Virus record (IMG/VR): IMGVR_UViG_3300042868_005222
Location: 1 to 27,882 of that record
DNA length: 27,882 nucleotides
Direction: 5' to 3' (one strand)
Source: a virus
Lineage: Duplodnaviria > Caudoviricetes
Shown here: positions 15,239 to 23,174 of the stretch, piece by piece
Numbering within the stretch: the first letter of the stretch is position 1
How the letters are laid out: each line of letters opens with the position of its first letter
Translations under genes and position numbers: made by a program
Notes under the pieces: generated by a model
Database searches by the model: none
Told to the model about the DNA's origin: nothing
Seen by the model: the letters and a program-made list of their open reading frames with translations, nothing else

Positions 15239-17417
15239 CGAGGAAGTCGCGCGCGATCAGGACGGTCTTCCGGCGTCCGAGCGTCACGGTCTCCTGCGTC
15301 ACGACCTCTTCGCCTTCGACGAGCGAGGCCAGCACGTCCTTACGCTCGCTGCGACGCAGCCACTGGGTCTTGCGGCTCAGTTGGGCCATGGTGATGCCCA
15401 TGGGCCCAGCGTCGCGGACGAGCCGCAGCACGCGCTTCTGCATGGCCTGGACGGCGTTGTCGGCCATGGTCTCGGCCGCCTCGGCGCAGGTGCGCTCGAT
15501 GCACCAGGACGCGAGCTCGCCCGCCCACTCGACGTCATCGACGCTGATGCGGTCGGACGGGTCGCGGCAGACCGAGCGAAGCAGCGCCAGCTTCTCCACG
15601 TGCTCCGTGAACCGCGCCCAAAGGTCCGCAAAGGCCGCCAGTTCGCTCCTGCGCAGTTCCATGATGCGAACGTCGTTCCGGTCCGCCAACGAGCCCAGAA
15701 GCGATTCTGCGGCCTCCTGGTAGGCCACCTTGCGGCAGACGCCGTGCAGGTTGCCTTGCCGACGCGTCAGCCGCTCCAGTTCGCGCAGGCGTTCGAGCAC
15801 GTAGGCGGGCGGATCGTCGCGGTCTACCGTCTGCCGTTGCGGGAGAGCGTCATCGGACACGAACACCAGCAGACGGTTTAGGAAGCCGTCACGGATGGCG
15901 CCCGAGTCCATGCTTGAGAACAGCTCGCTCGGCACGCCGGTGCCGTAGAAGCACAGGTGCGGCTCCTCCAGCGGCGTCGGCGCGTTGATGCGGCGGTCCG
16001 CGTAGGCGGCCGCGAGCCAGGTGTCGCCTGCGCACGAGAACAGCTCGAGCAAGGTGCGCTTGATGCCGAGCTGGTGACCGCCCGCGTTCGGGTGGGTCAC
16101 CTGCTGGAGAAACTTGGTCATCTCGTCGATCAAGCAGACGTGCGACCTGGTCTGCTCATCGACCAGCGAGGAGCGGATGCCGCTGTCGGACTTCCACTCG
16201 CTCGGGCCGATCCAGTTGCTCAGGCCGGCGAGCGCGAAGGCCCGCTGCGGCAGACGCAGGGACGCGTTCTTGCCGCTGGCCGTCTCAGCGATGCCGAGCA
16301 TGTAGAGGTTGGTGCGCAGGCCGCCACGGGTCTGGACGCGCCGACCCATCAGAGCGCCCATGCACGCGAGCACGGACGCCAGGCAGAGCGACGGTTGCCT
16401 GCGGATCGACTGCGTCAGCATCCACGACACCAGCTCGCCGATGATGCCGGGCACGTCGAGGAGCTTGCGCGGGAACGGACGCTTCTGGAGCTGCCGCGGC
16501 GCGTAGTCCGGCTCGGGCTCGGGGACTTCGATGTCGCCCGCCAGCTCCTGCAACACGCCGGGCATCCAGCCGCCGTCTCGGGCCAGGTGAAACAGCGTGC
16601 CGAGCGTGATCTCGGAACCGTCCCAGCGGAACTCCTTGAACGAGTTCCACCGCCTGCGCTGGTCCTTGGGCGTGAACTTGCCCGACTGCGCCGACCACTC
16701 GCACCAGATCTCGTAGGCCTGGTCCTTCGCGCCGGTGCTCTTGAGCGCCATGCCGACTTGCAGCCACAAGTCGTGCGGGTCCGGGTCCACGTGCTTGAGC
16801 GCGTCCTCGATCGACGCAACGTCTGCGCCCGACAACGGCATGGCGTCGCTGGACTCCGCGCCAAAGTTCTCGCCGCCACGGTGGCTGCCGCACAGTTCGC
16901 GCACCCAACCCGGCATCTGGTCGATGTCGCTGACGCCGTCGCTGTCCACGTCGAACGGGTCGCCCGTGCGCCACTCACGGCCAGGTGATGCAGGCGACGG
17001 CAGGACCACGTAGCCGCCGACGGCGCGGACGTCGACGCCAGGCCGCACGCCGACGCGCGAGCTGACCGGCGGGTTGGGCAGCGAGTAGAACAGGTGACGG
17101 CCGCCGCGTGGCGTCGTGGCGATCAGGCCGCACAGGTCGCGGCCGTGGTCTTGCAGCAGCACAGACCAGACGGCCGGTCCGTCAATCGACTTGGTCGGGT
17201 CGTAGTCGAGGTCGATGACGGCGAGGCTGCTGCGCTCGCAATCGACGCCGACCTGTGCATCTGGCCACTGCGCCCACCACGCGGCGAGACGCGCGGGATC
17301 GTTGGTGGCTTCCTTGTGGCCGTGTTGGGTGAACGGGTGCTTGTTAGCGCGGACTGGGAACACCAGCCAGCCGCGTGCTGCGTATCGCAGCGCCGCATCG
17401 AGAGGAGAGGCGAACAT
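15231..17417 (-). CDS. Bifunctional primase-polymerase with PriCT-2 and C-terminal DUF3987-like ATPase/helicase region
   Basis: Prim-Pol motifs AALRYAARGWLVFP, VIDLD, TPRGGRHLF, DVRAVGGYVVLP. PriCT-2 WLQVGMALK...WCEWS...TLGTLFHLA. P-loop-like AETASGKN, LIDE and DGFLNRLL. Confidence 0.9.
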   Translation of the reverse strand: MFASPLDAALRYAARGWLVFPVRANKHPFTQHGHKEATNDPARLAAWWAQWPDAQVGVDCERSSLAVIDLDYDPTKSIDGPAVWSVLLQDHGRDLCGLIATTPRGGRHLFYSLPNPPVSSRVGVRPGVDVRAVGGYVVLPSPASPGREWRTGDPFDVDSDGVSDIDQMPGWVRELCGSHRGGENFGAESSDAMPLSGADVASIEDALKHVDPDPHDLWLQVGMALKSTGAKDQAYEIWCEWSAQSGKFTPKDQRRRWNSFKEFRWDGSEITLGTLFHLARDGGWMPGVLQELAGDIEVPEPEPDYAPRQLQKRPFPRKLLDVPGIIGELVSWMLTQSIRRQPSLCLASVLACMGALMGRRVQTRGGLRTNLYMLGIAETASGKNASLRLPQRAFALAGLSNWIGPSEWKSDSGIRSSLVDEQTRSHVCLIDEMTKFLQQVTHPNAGGHQLGIKRTLLELFSCAGDTWLAAAYADRRINAPTPLEEPHLCFYGTGVPSELFSSMDSGAIRDGFLNRLLVFVSDDALPQRQTVDRDDPPAYVLERLRELERLTRRQGNLHGVCRKVAYQEAAESLLGSLADRNDVRIMELRRSELAAFADLWARFTEHVEKLALLRSVCRDPSDRISVDDVEWAGELASWCIERTCAEAAETMADNAVQAMQKRVLRLVRDAGPMGITMAQLSRKTQWLRRSERKDVLASLVEGEEVVTQETVTLGRRKTVLIARDFLAP

Positions 17418-19072
17418 CAGAAGGGGACCTCAGAGTAGTCAACGTGAGGGGTGGGAGGAGGAGCGTCTGGTTCGTGGATGCCTGGTTCAACTTTGCAGAG
17501 CACCTTCTTGATCTCGGGCCACTCGCCGCCGAGCTCGACGGTGATGGTCAGCGGCTGCGCCAACTCGGCCTTGCGCTCGATGGCTTCCGCGACCGAGCCA
17601 GGGACCGGCGCCTGCGCACGCGAGAGCCACCAGCGGGCTGCGCGTTCGCCTGCGTAGCCTTCGTGCTCGAGGCAGATCCACTCGTTGAACTCGCCGAAGT
17701 CGCCTGCGCGGTAGGTGACGCGCAGCACAGGCACGACCTTGCCCTGCTTCTGATGACGGCGGTATTCGACGCCCGTGACGTCGTAGGTCTCGATCTGCTT
17801 CGGCTCCAAGCCAGCGATGGCCACGGCCTCTGCGGGCCGCTCGTCGTGCGTGATCTCTCGCGGCGGCCACTCGTATCCGCACTCTGGGCACTGCAACACG
17901 GCCGTCGCCACAAAGGACTGGCAGTTCGGACACTTCTTGCACGGCTTCTCGCCCGCCTCGCCCTTGCGCTTGTCCTTTGCCTTGATGTTGTCCAGCGATC
18001 CATGGCGCTCGAAGTTGCCGCCGAAGTCGAGCATCAGGCAGTTCTGCTTGCCTTCGGCCAGGCGGAAGCCGCGACCGGCCATCTGCACGAATAAGCCCGG
18101 CGAGCACGTCGGCCGCAGCAGCGCGATCAGATCCACCTGCGGCGCATCGAAGCCCGTGGTCAGCACCGAGACGTTGACGATGCAGCGGATAGAGTTTGCC
18201 TTGAACTCCTTCACGACACGGTCACGCTCGGCCTTGTCGGTGTCGCCGAACACGGTGGCGACGTTGACGCCCGCTTCGCGCAGCTCGGCCGCGACGGCTT
18301 CGGCGTGCTTGATGCCGCAGCAGAACACCAGCCACGACTTGCGGTCCTGGCCACGCGCGATGATCTCGCCGACCGCGGCCGACACGAGACCTGGTGCCAT
18401 GGCCGCCGACTCCAGCTCGCCCGCGATGAACTCACCGCCGCGGATGTGCACGTCGCCGGTCTCGATCTCGACCTTGCTGCCGCGAGCGATGGTCGGCGAC
18501 AGGAAGCCGTCGTTGATCAGGCTGACCAGGTCGGCGTCGTATGCGATGCCGTGGAACAGCCGATCGTCGCCTTCGTGCAGCGTGCCGCTGTCGGTGCGGT
18601 ATGGCGTCGCGGTGAGCCCCATCACGCGCATGTTGTTGTTCATGCTGCCAAGGTCACCGAGGAACGTGCGATACATGCCGAAGCCGTCCTTCGGCACCAG
18701 GTGCGCTTCGTCGATCAGCACAAGATCAGTCCAGCCGATCTGCGCGGCCTTGCCGTAGACCGATTGGATGCCGCAGAACAGGACCTGCGCTCCTTCCTCG
18801 CGGCGTCCGATGCCTGCGCTGTAGATGCCAACGGGCACGTCGGGCCAGTATCGCCTGGCCTGCGCGCAGTTCTGCTCGATCAGTTCCTTGACGTGCGTCA
18901 CGACCACGATGCGCGTGTCGGGCCACTCCGTCAGTGCGTGCTTGATCAGGCCCGCGATGACGAGCGACTTGCCAGCGCCCGTCGGCAACACCACCAGCGG
19001 GTTGCCCAAGTTGTTCCCCATCCATTCCAGCGACGCCTCGATCGCGCGCTGTTGATATCCGCGAAGCTCCAT
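17417..19072 (-). CDS. SF2 DEAH helicase (RadD/YejH-like) with Zn finger
   Basis: LRGYQ, PTGAGKS, IDEAH, TATP, LTTGFDAP, QMAGRGFR, CPNC...CPECG. Confidence 0.95.
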   Translation of the reverse strand: MELRGYQQRAIEASLEWMGNNLGNPLVVLPTGAGKSLVIAGLIKHALTEWPDTRIVVVTHVKELIEQNCAQARRYWPDVPVGIYSAGIGRREEGAQVLFCGIQSVYGKAAQIGWTDLVLIDEAHLVPKDGFGMYRTFLGDLGSMNNNMRVMGLTATPYRTDSGTLHEGDDRLFHGIAYDADLVSLINDGFLSPTIARGSKVEIETGDVHIRGGEFIAGELESAAMAPGLVSAAVGEIIARGQDRKSWLVFCCGIKHAEAVAAELREAGVNVATVFGDTDKAERDRVVKEFKANSIRCIVNVSVLTTGFDAPQVDLIALLRPTCSPGLFVQMAGRGFRLAEGKQNCLMLDFGGNFERHGSLDNIKAKDKRKGEAGEKPCKKCPNCQSFVATAVLQCPECGYEWPPREITHDERPAEAVAIAGLEPKQIETYDVTGVEYRRHQKQGKVVPVLRVTYRAGDFGEFNEWICLEHEGYAGERAARWWLSRAQAPVPGSVAEAIERKAELAQPLTITVELGGEWPEIKKVLCKVEPGIHEPDAPPPTPHVDYSEVPF

Positions 19073-19095
19073 GCGTTGTCCTCGTTCAGTTGTTC

Positions 19096-19136
19096 AATGA
19101 AAACGGCCCGCACGCCATGTCCAAGCGAGCGGGCCG
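19096..19136 (-). terminator. Intrinsic terminator between SSB and helicase genes
   Basis: CGGCCCGC...GCGGGCCG 8-bp stem (19104-19111/19129-19136) followed by TTTTCATT on the minus strand. Confidence 0.65.
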
Positions 19137-19158
19137 CGTGTTGGTCATGCGACCTCAA

Positions 19159-19629
19159 TCAGCGACGCCACGGCGCAGCCTTAGGAGCCGCAGCAGGAGC
19201 CGACATCTTCGGCGCAGGCGCTGCGCTCGGCGTGTCCATCCCGGCCTTGTAGCCGCGGATCTCGTTGCGCGCGTCGAACTTGCCGTCCGCAGGCACGGCG
19301 CGCACCTTGATCAGCAGCTTTGCGCCCAGCAGTTCGTCCGTGTCGGCGACTTGCAGCTTTCCGATGGCGCGGCAGATCGACGACAGGTTGCGCTGCGCGA
19401 TCTGGCGCGGCTGCTCGTTCGGGTGGTTGACATTGAGACGCTCCCAGACGCGGCGGCCGCAGTAGTTCGGTCCGTCGATCTCGAACGTGAGCTTCAGCAG
19501 CTCGGTCGTGCCGTCACGCGTCGGCACCATCGCAGCCTCAATGATCGAGGCCGCATACCAGCCATCGGGGATCGGCTCAAAGCTCTGGCTCGGCTCGATG
19601 TTGGACGCGTCGAAGTTCAGGTTGCCCAT
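19159..19629 (-). CDS. DUF669-family single-stranded DNA-binding protein
   Basis: MGNLNFDASNIEPSQSFEPIPDGWY, GRRVWERLN, IAQRNLSSICRAIG, NEIRGY and C-terminal APWRR. ATG at 19629 after a purine-rich SD. Confidence 0.88.
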   Translation of the reverse strand: MGNLNFDASNIEPSQSFEPIPDGWYAASIIEAAMVPTRDGTTELLKLTFEIDGPNYCGRRVWERLNVNHPNEQPRQIAQRNLSSICRAIGKLQVADTDELLGAKLLIKVRAVPADGKFDARNEIRGYKAGMDTPSAAPAPKMSAPAAAPKAAPWRR

Positions 19630-19681
19630 GTTCTGTCTCTCTCTCTTCTTGGTTGTTGTGGTTACAGGGTTCAGAGCGTGA

Positions 19682-20437
19682 TCAGGACACCGTGTCCGCG
19701 ATCGCGCCCATGAGTTGGTTCCATCCCGCCTGCGGGTCGTTGGCAGGGATGGGGATCTGGTCCGGCAAGCGGTAGCGGTTCTTCGCACGGAAGGCCGGGC
19801 GCTCGGTGGTCATCAGCACGCGCGAGCCATCGCCCACGCCACGCTTGCGGTCACCGCTGACCACGGCCGTGACGCGGTAGTTGGCGAACAGCACAGCGTC
19901 GGCCCAATCGACGATCGTCGCTTCGGCGAGCTTGTGCAGGCGCAACTGGTAGCGGTCGTATGCATCGACCTCGGGCGACTCGAAGCGCACGACCTGGCTG
20001 TGGCCGATCAGCACGACGGTGATGCCCTTCGCGCGCAGCTTGTCGAATCCGTTGGTCAGCCGACGCCACTCCATCGCCGCAAACGTGAAGCCCTTGCCGT
20101 AGCCGAACTCCTCGATGTTCTTCTTGCCGTTCTCCTCGCAGACGTGTTGCCACAGCAGCGGCTCAAGCGCGTCGAGCGAGTCCAAGATCACCGTGTGGAA
20201 GTCGTGCTGCTCGTTGATCAGCACGGCCATGGCTTCGAGCACCTGGCGGTAGCTCGTGGCCTTCGGGAAGGCGGGCGCCGTGATCGTGCCCAAGCCGTCT
20301 TCGGTCTGGATGAAGACCGGGTTCGACGCGCAGGCGGCCAGCGTGGTCTTGCCGATGCCGGGGACGCCGTAGATGACGATGCGCGGAGCCTGCGGGACGT
20401 TCTGTTGGATGTCGTTCAGGGAAATCATGTCGTTCAC
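19682..20437 (-). CDS. Sak4-like AAA ATPase (phage ssDNA-annealing protein, AAA_24)
   Basis: IYGVPGIGKTT, ILDSLD, FGYGKG, LIGHS, AKNRY. Adjacent to the DUF669 SSB. Alternative ATG at 20428. Confidence 0.9.
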   Translation of the reverse strand: MNDMISLNDIQQNVPQAPRIVIYGVPGIGKTTLAACASNPVFIQTEDGLGTITAPAFPKATSYRQVLEAMAVLINEQHDFHTVILDSLDALEPLLWQHVCEENGKKNIEEFGYGKGFTFAAMEWRRLTNGFDKLRAKGITVVLIGHSQVVRFESPEVDAYDRYQLRLHKLAEATIVDWADAVLFANYRVTAVVSGDRKRGVGDGSRVLMTTERPAFRAKNRYRLPDQIPIPANDPQAGWNQLMGAIADTVS

Positions 20438-20480
20438 TCGTTCAGTCGGTTGCTAGGTCTGCGACGTGCAGACCGGCGGG

Positions 20481-20513
20481 AAGCTAGCGATTCGCTCGCG
20501 TGTGTCAACTTCC
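20481..20513 (-). promoter_or_regulatory. Sigma70-type promoter P2 of the replication operon, with overlapping 17-bp palindrome
   Basis: GGAAG-TTGACA-N16-TAGCTT. GCGAGC-N5-GCTAGC at 20483-20499. A 7-bp hairpin (20456-20474) sits at the predicted transcript 5' end. Confidence 0.8.
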
Positions 20514-20687
20514 TTGCAGCTTTTCTAGAGCAGCAACGGAAAGCGCAATGGCGACGAACCAGAGCAACGAGCACAGGACCAGCGCGGCCCAGCAGTGGAG
20601 CTTGCTTGATGCCCCAGCGTCGCAGGACTTAGCGCAGGGGCGGAGAAGGCAGGAGCCGAAGGCGTGGCAAGGCATGGTGGGAAGGAT

Positions 20688-20877
20688 GCCCACGACGCGC
20701 CCGGTCAAGAATCGGAAGGCCCGGCACGGTCATGCCGGAGGCTCGTCGTGGGCGGTGTGCTGAGAAAGTGACCGGCGGCGACCCCTCTTACGAACATGCG
20801 CTGCTCTCGTTCAACGCATCACTGTCGCCGCCGGTCTGGGAGGGAGGCACGGCCCTCGCAAGCCGTGCCCATGTCGC
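20688..20877 (-). ncRNA. Putative structured non-coding RNA (unknown family)
   Basis: Three consecutive stem domains with perfect 8-, 13- and 10-bp helices and nested stems. G-U pairs favour the minus strand. Begins just downstream of promoter P3. No credible ORF covers it. Confidence 0.6.
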
Positions 20878-20883
20878 GGCGGA

Positions 20884-20916
20884 ATCGTGGCAAGCGTTCT
20901 GCTTGCTGTCAACTTC
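20884..20916 (-). promoter_or_regulatory. Sigma70-type promoter P3 with palindromic spacer
   Basis: GAAG-TTGACA-N17-CACGAT. The 17-nt spacer is the palindrome GCAAGC-N5-GCTTGC (20890-20906). Confidence 0.65.
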
Positions 20917-21173
20917 TACTGACCGGCGTCGCCGTCCAGTGGGTAGATATCCACCATGCGCTGCCACTCGCCATAGACGTCAAGCAGCGCGGCCGCGTCG
21001 AGCTGCGCCGCGAACAGGAAGACCTGCGCGAGCGCGTCCTCGAGGCGGTCCATCTTCGCTCGCTCTTCAGCGGGAGCGAGAGATTCGACGCCGAGGCCGC
21101 GGACCATTGCCAGATACTGCTCGCGGATGCGCTGCACTTCGGCCTGGATGTTTGTCCTTCTCTGGTCCGCCAT
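20916..21173 (-). CDS. Hypothetical helical protein (85 aa)
   Basis: Protein-like composition. Overlaps the phosphoesterase C-terminal tail by 107 nt. Confidence 0.65.
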   Translation of the reverse strand: MADQRRTNIQAEVQRIREQYLAMVRGLGVESLAPAEERAKMDRLEDALAQVFLFAAQLDAAALLDVYGEWQRMVDIYPLDGDAGQ

Positions 21174-22098
21174 GGTTCACCGCTTGGTAGATGCGCCCGT
21201 CAACTAACAGCCTGCCGTCGTGGATGTGGTGCTGGCGGATCGAGACGGCGCCGTCCGTCTCTTCGATGCAGGAGAAGCCCTGCTGCCAGTCGGGGTCGTG
21301 CGTCCAGTCGGGGTCTGGGTCCGACAGGTGCCCGTTCTCAACTCCCCAGTGCACGCCGTTGCGGTCAGTGCGCGCCACGATGCCCATGCGGTGAGTATGG
21401 CCCATGGCGACTGAGCCGCCGCGCCTGGTCATGTGACCACGCACGGAGTTGCCAGCGTCCTTGCGGATGATGCTGCCGTGGAAGATCTCGAACGGCGGGA
21501 CAGTGAGCTTGCACCGCTGGTCGATGAACTCGATGCCCAACGCTTGCAGGTCCAGCAGCTCGTCGAGCGCGAGGCTCGTCACGCTGGACAGCTCGGGCGC
21601 ATGCTGCGTCAGATACCGCTCCAAGCGGTGCTCGTGGTTGCCCATCGTGTAGTAGATGCGCGCCTTCTTGTGATCGTGGCGCAGCACGCGCAGAAACTGT
21701 CGGGCTTCGTTGATCTCGTCCTGGAATGTGATCGGGTTGTGCTTGTCCTTTGGGTGCGACGAGATCTCTTGCGCGTCTAGGATGTCGCCGTTGAGCACGA
21801 TGACGGTCGGATTCCAGTCGCGCGCGAACTCCAGCGCGATGGCCAGCGCGGCCTGGTCGTGGTAGGGGATGTGGATGTCGGACAGGATCAGGCAGCGGTT
21901 GGACGAGACCGGCTTGGCCTGCACCGTATGCAAGCGGACTTGCACTTGGTCACGCTTGATGACGAGCCGCGTCACCTCGCTGCGCATGACGCATCGAACG
22001 CGCCACTCGGTGACGCCTAACTCTCGGGCGACAGACTTTTGCGATTGCCCGCAAGTTACTCGAGCACGGATTAGTTCTTCGAGCTCGGCGCGTTCCAT
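21067..22098 (-). CDS. Calcineurin-like metallophosphoesterase with N-terminal HTH
   Basis: SDIH, NGDILD, GNHE, FHG and GHTH motifs. N-terminal SQKSVARELGVTEWRVR. Strong AAGGAGAGG SD. Confidence 0.9.
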   Translation of the reverse strand: MERAELEELIRARVTCGQSQKSVARELGVTEWRVRCVMRSEVTRLVIKRDQVQVRLHTVQAKPVSSNRCLILSDIHIPYHDQAALAIALEFARDWNPTVIVLNGDILDAQEISSHPKDKHNPITFQDEINEARQFLRVLRHDHKKARIYYTMGNHEHRLERYLTQHAPELSSVTSLALDELLDLQALGIEFIDQRCKLTVPPFEIFHGSIIRKDAGNSVRGHMTRRGGSVAMGHTHRMGIVARTDRNGVHWGVENGHLSDPDPDWTHDPDWQQGFSCIEETDGAVSIRQHHIHDGRLLVDGRIYQAVNHGGPEKDKHPGRSAAHPRAVSGNGPRPRRRISRSR

Positions 22099-22108
22099 GT
22101 CCTCTCCT

Positions 22109-22291
22109 TCAGATCCCCAACAGCAGGAGCGTGGACTCCACGTCTTGCCATATAGCCCACAGCAACTTCTCGACGGTCAACCAGAACTCCTCTGGAGCCT
22201 CGACCAGCGCCTGCGTTGTCGCGCACGCGCTGAAAAGCACGAGAGCAGCCACTGCGGCTGCCCTCGCTGCGTCACGCCCTGGGCGTTTCAC
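22109..22291 (-). CDS. Small lipoprotein (60 aa; o-spanin-like position)
   Basis: GTG at 22291 with AAGGA upstream. MKRPGRDAARAAAVAALVLFSA|C lipobox. Overlaps the preceding gene by 20 nt. Confidence 0.6.
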   Translation of the reverse strand: MKRPGRDAARAAAVAALVLFSACATTQALVEAPEEFWLTVEKLLWAIWQDVESTLLLLGI

Positions 22292-22670
22292 GGATGCGAT
22301 CCTTGAGGCCGTCAAGCTGCTCGTAGATCGCAGCCGTGTTGGCGCGTCGCTTGGCATTGGTCGAGACCGCGTAACCGCCGATGCCGAAGATGGCGAGGAG
22401 CTGCATGACCAGCCCATACCACTCCTCAAGGCCCGCCACCTTGCCGTCGCCGTTCTTGTCGGCTTCAGCGACTGCGGCCCGCACCTCGGCTGCCTTGTCC
22501 GCGAGCTTCTGGCCCTGTTCGCCCATGTTGCGTAGCCCGGCCTCGACGCCGGTCAGCGCCTTCTCGGCTTCCTTAGTGGCCAGGTCAACGCGGTCGATGG
22601 CGTCGTTGAGCTTGGTGTAGACGCCGCAGCTCGTCAGCAGCAGCAACGACAAGATCCATGGGTGTCGCAT
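22272..22670 (-). CDS. Lipoprotein with coiled coil, EF-hand-like loop and C-proximal TM segment (u-spanin-like)
   Basis: TGATG coupling. MRHPWILSLLLLTS|C15, DKNGDGKVAGLE loop, and WYGLVMQLLAIFGIGGYAVS followed by KRR. Confidence 0.7.
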   Translation of the reverse strand: MRHPWILSLLLLTSCGVYTKLNDAIDRVDLATKEAEKALTGVEAGLRNMGEQGQKLADKAAEVRAAVAEADKNGDGKVAGLEEWYGLVMQLLAIFGIGGYAVSTNAKRRANTAAIYEQLDGLKDRIRETPRA

Positions 22671-22912
22671 CACTTGACCTCGGGCACGTTCAGACTGGGG
22701 TTGCGATCGGCCAAGCCCTGCGAGAAGGCTTGCAGCCGTTTGAAGTTGGCGTCCTCGCGCGTCTCGATCCACTGCCGCAGGTTGGTCACCGCAAACTCAA
22801 CTTGCAGCAGCCGCGACTGGATCATCAGCGCACCGCCGACGATCGACATGATGACCGACAGCGGGACCACCGCGTCGCGCAGGTTAATCTGGCTACGTTC
22901 GTCGGAAGCCAT
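22670..22912 (-). CDS. Single-TM membrane protein, holin candidate
   Basis: 80 aa with hydrophobic AVVPLSVIMSIVGGALMI then a coiled coil. Located at the end of the tail module. Confidence 0.55.
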   Translation of the reverse strand: MASDERSQINLRDAVVPLSVIMSIVGGALMIQSRLLQVEFAVTNLRQWIETREDANFKRLQAFSQGLADRNPSLNVPEVK

Positions 22913-22913
22913 C

Positions 22914-23174
22914 TCAACGAGCCTCCCACGTAATCACGTCGGCTGCGGTAAAGGACTCGGCGTGCTCGGTCTGGAGGTTGGCGTGGTCGGCGGCCATCTG
23001 GCACAAGTCCGACAAGATCTCCTCTTGCGTTGCGCCTTCCGCTGGCTCGTAGCCAACCTCGCCGTCCATGACGCCACGCACGGCCTCGGTCAATCGGTAG
23101 TTGACGCAGTATTCGATCGCGCCGTCTTCCAGCTCGATGTGCGGATGCGATAGCACGATCTTGATGGTGCTCAT
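22914..23174 (-). CDS. Acidic hypothetical protein (86 aa)
   Basis: TGATG coupling at 23174. Starts MSTIKIVL. Confidence 0.7.
   Translation of the reverse strand: MSTIKIVLSHPHIELEDGAIEYCVNYRLTEAVRGVMDGEVGYEPAEGATQEEILSDLCQMAADHANLQTEHAESFTAADVITWEAR

Noticed and set aside
20500-20763. Plus-strand 87-aa ORF in the intergenic region
   Set aside because: It opposes the local promoters, has no recognisable motif, and overlaps the structured stems.
20688-20877. tRNA, hammerhead ribozyme or retron msr-msd
   Set aside because: No TTCRA T-loop cloverleaf or CCA end, no CUGANGA/GAAA core, and no reverse transcriptase in the window.
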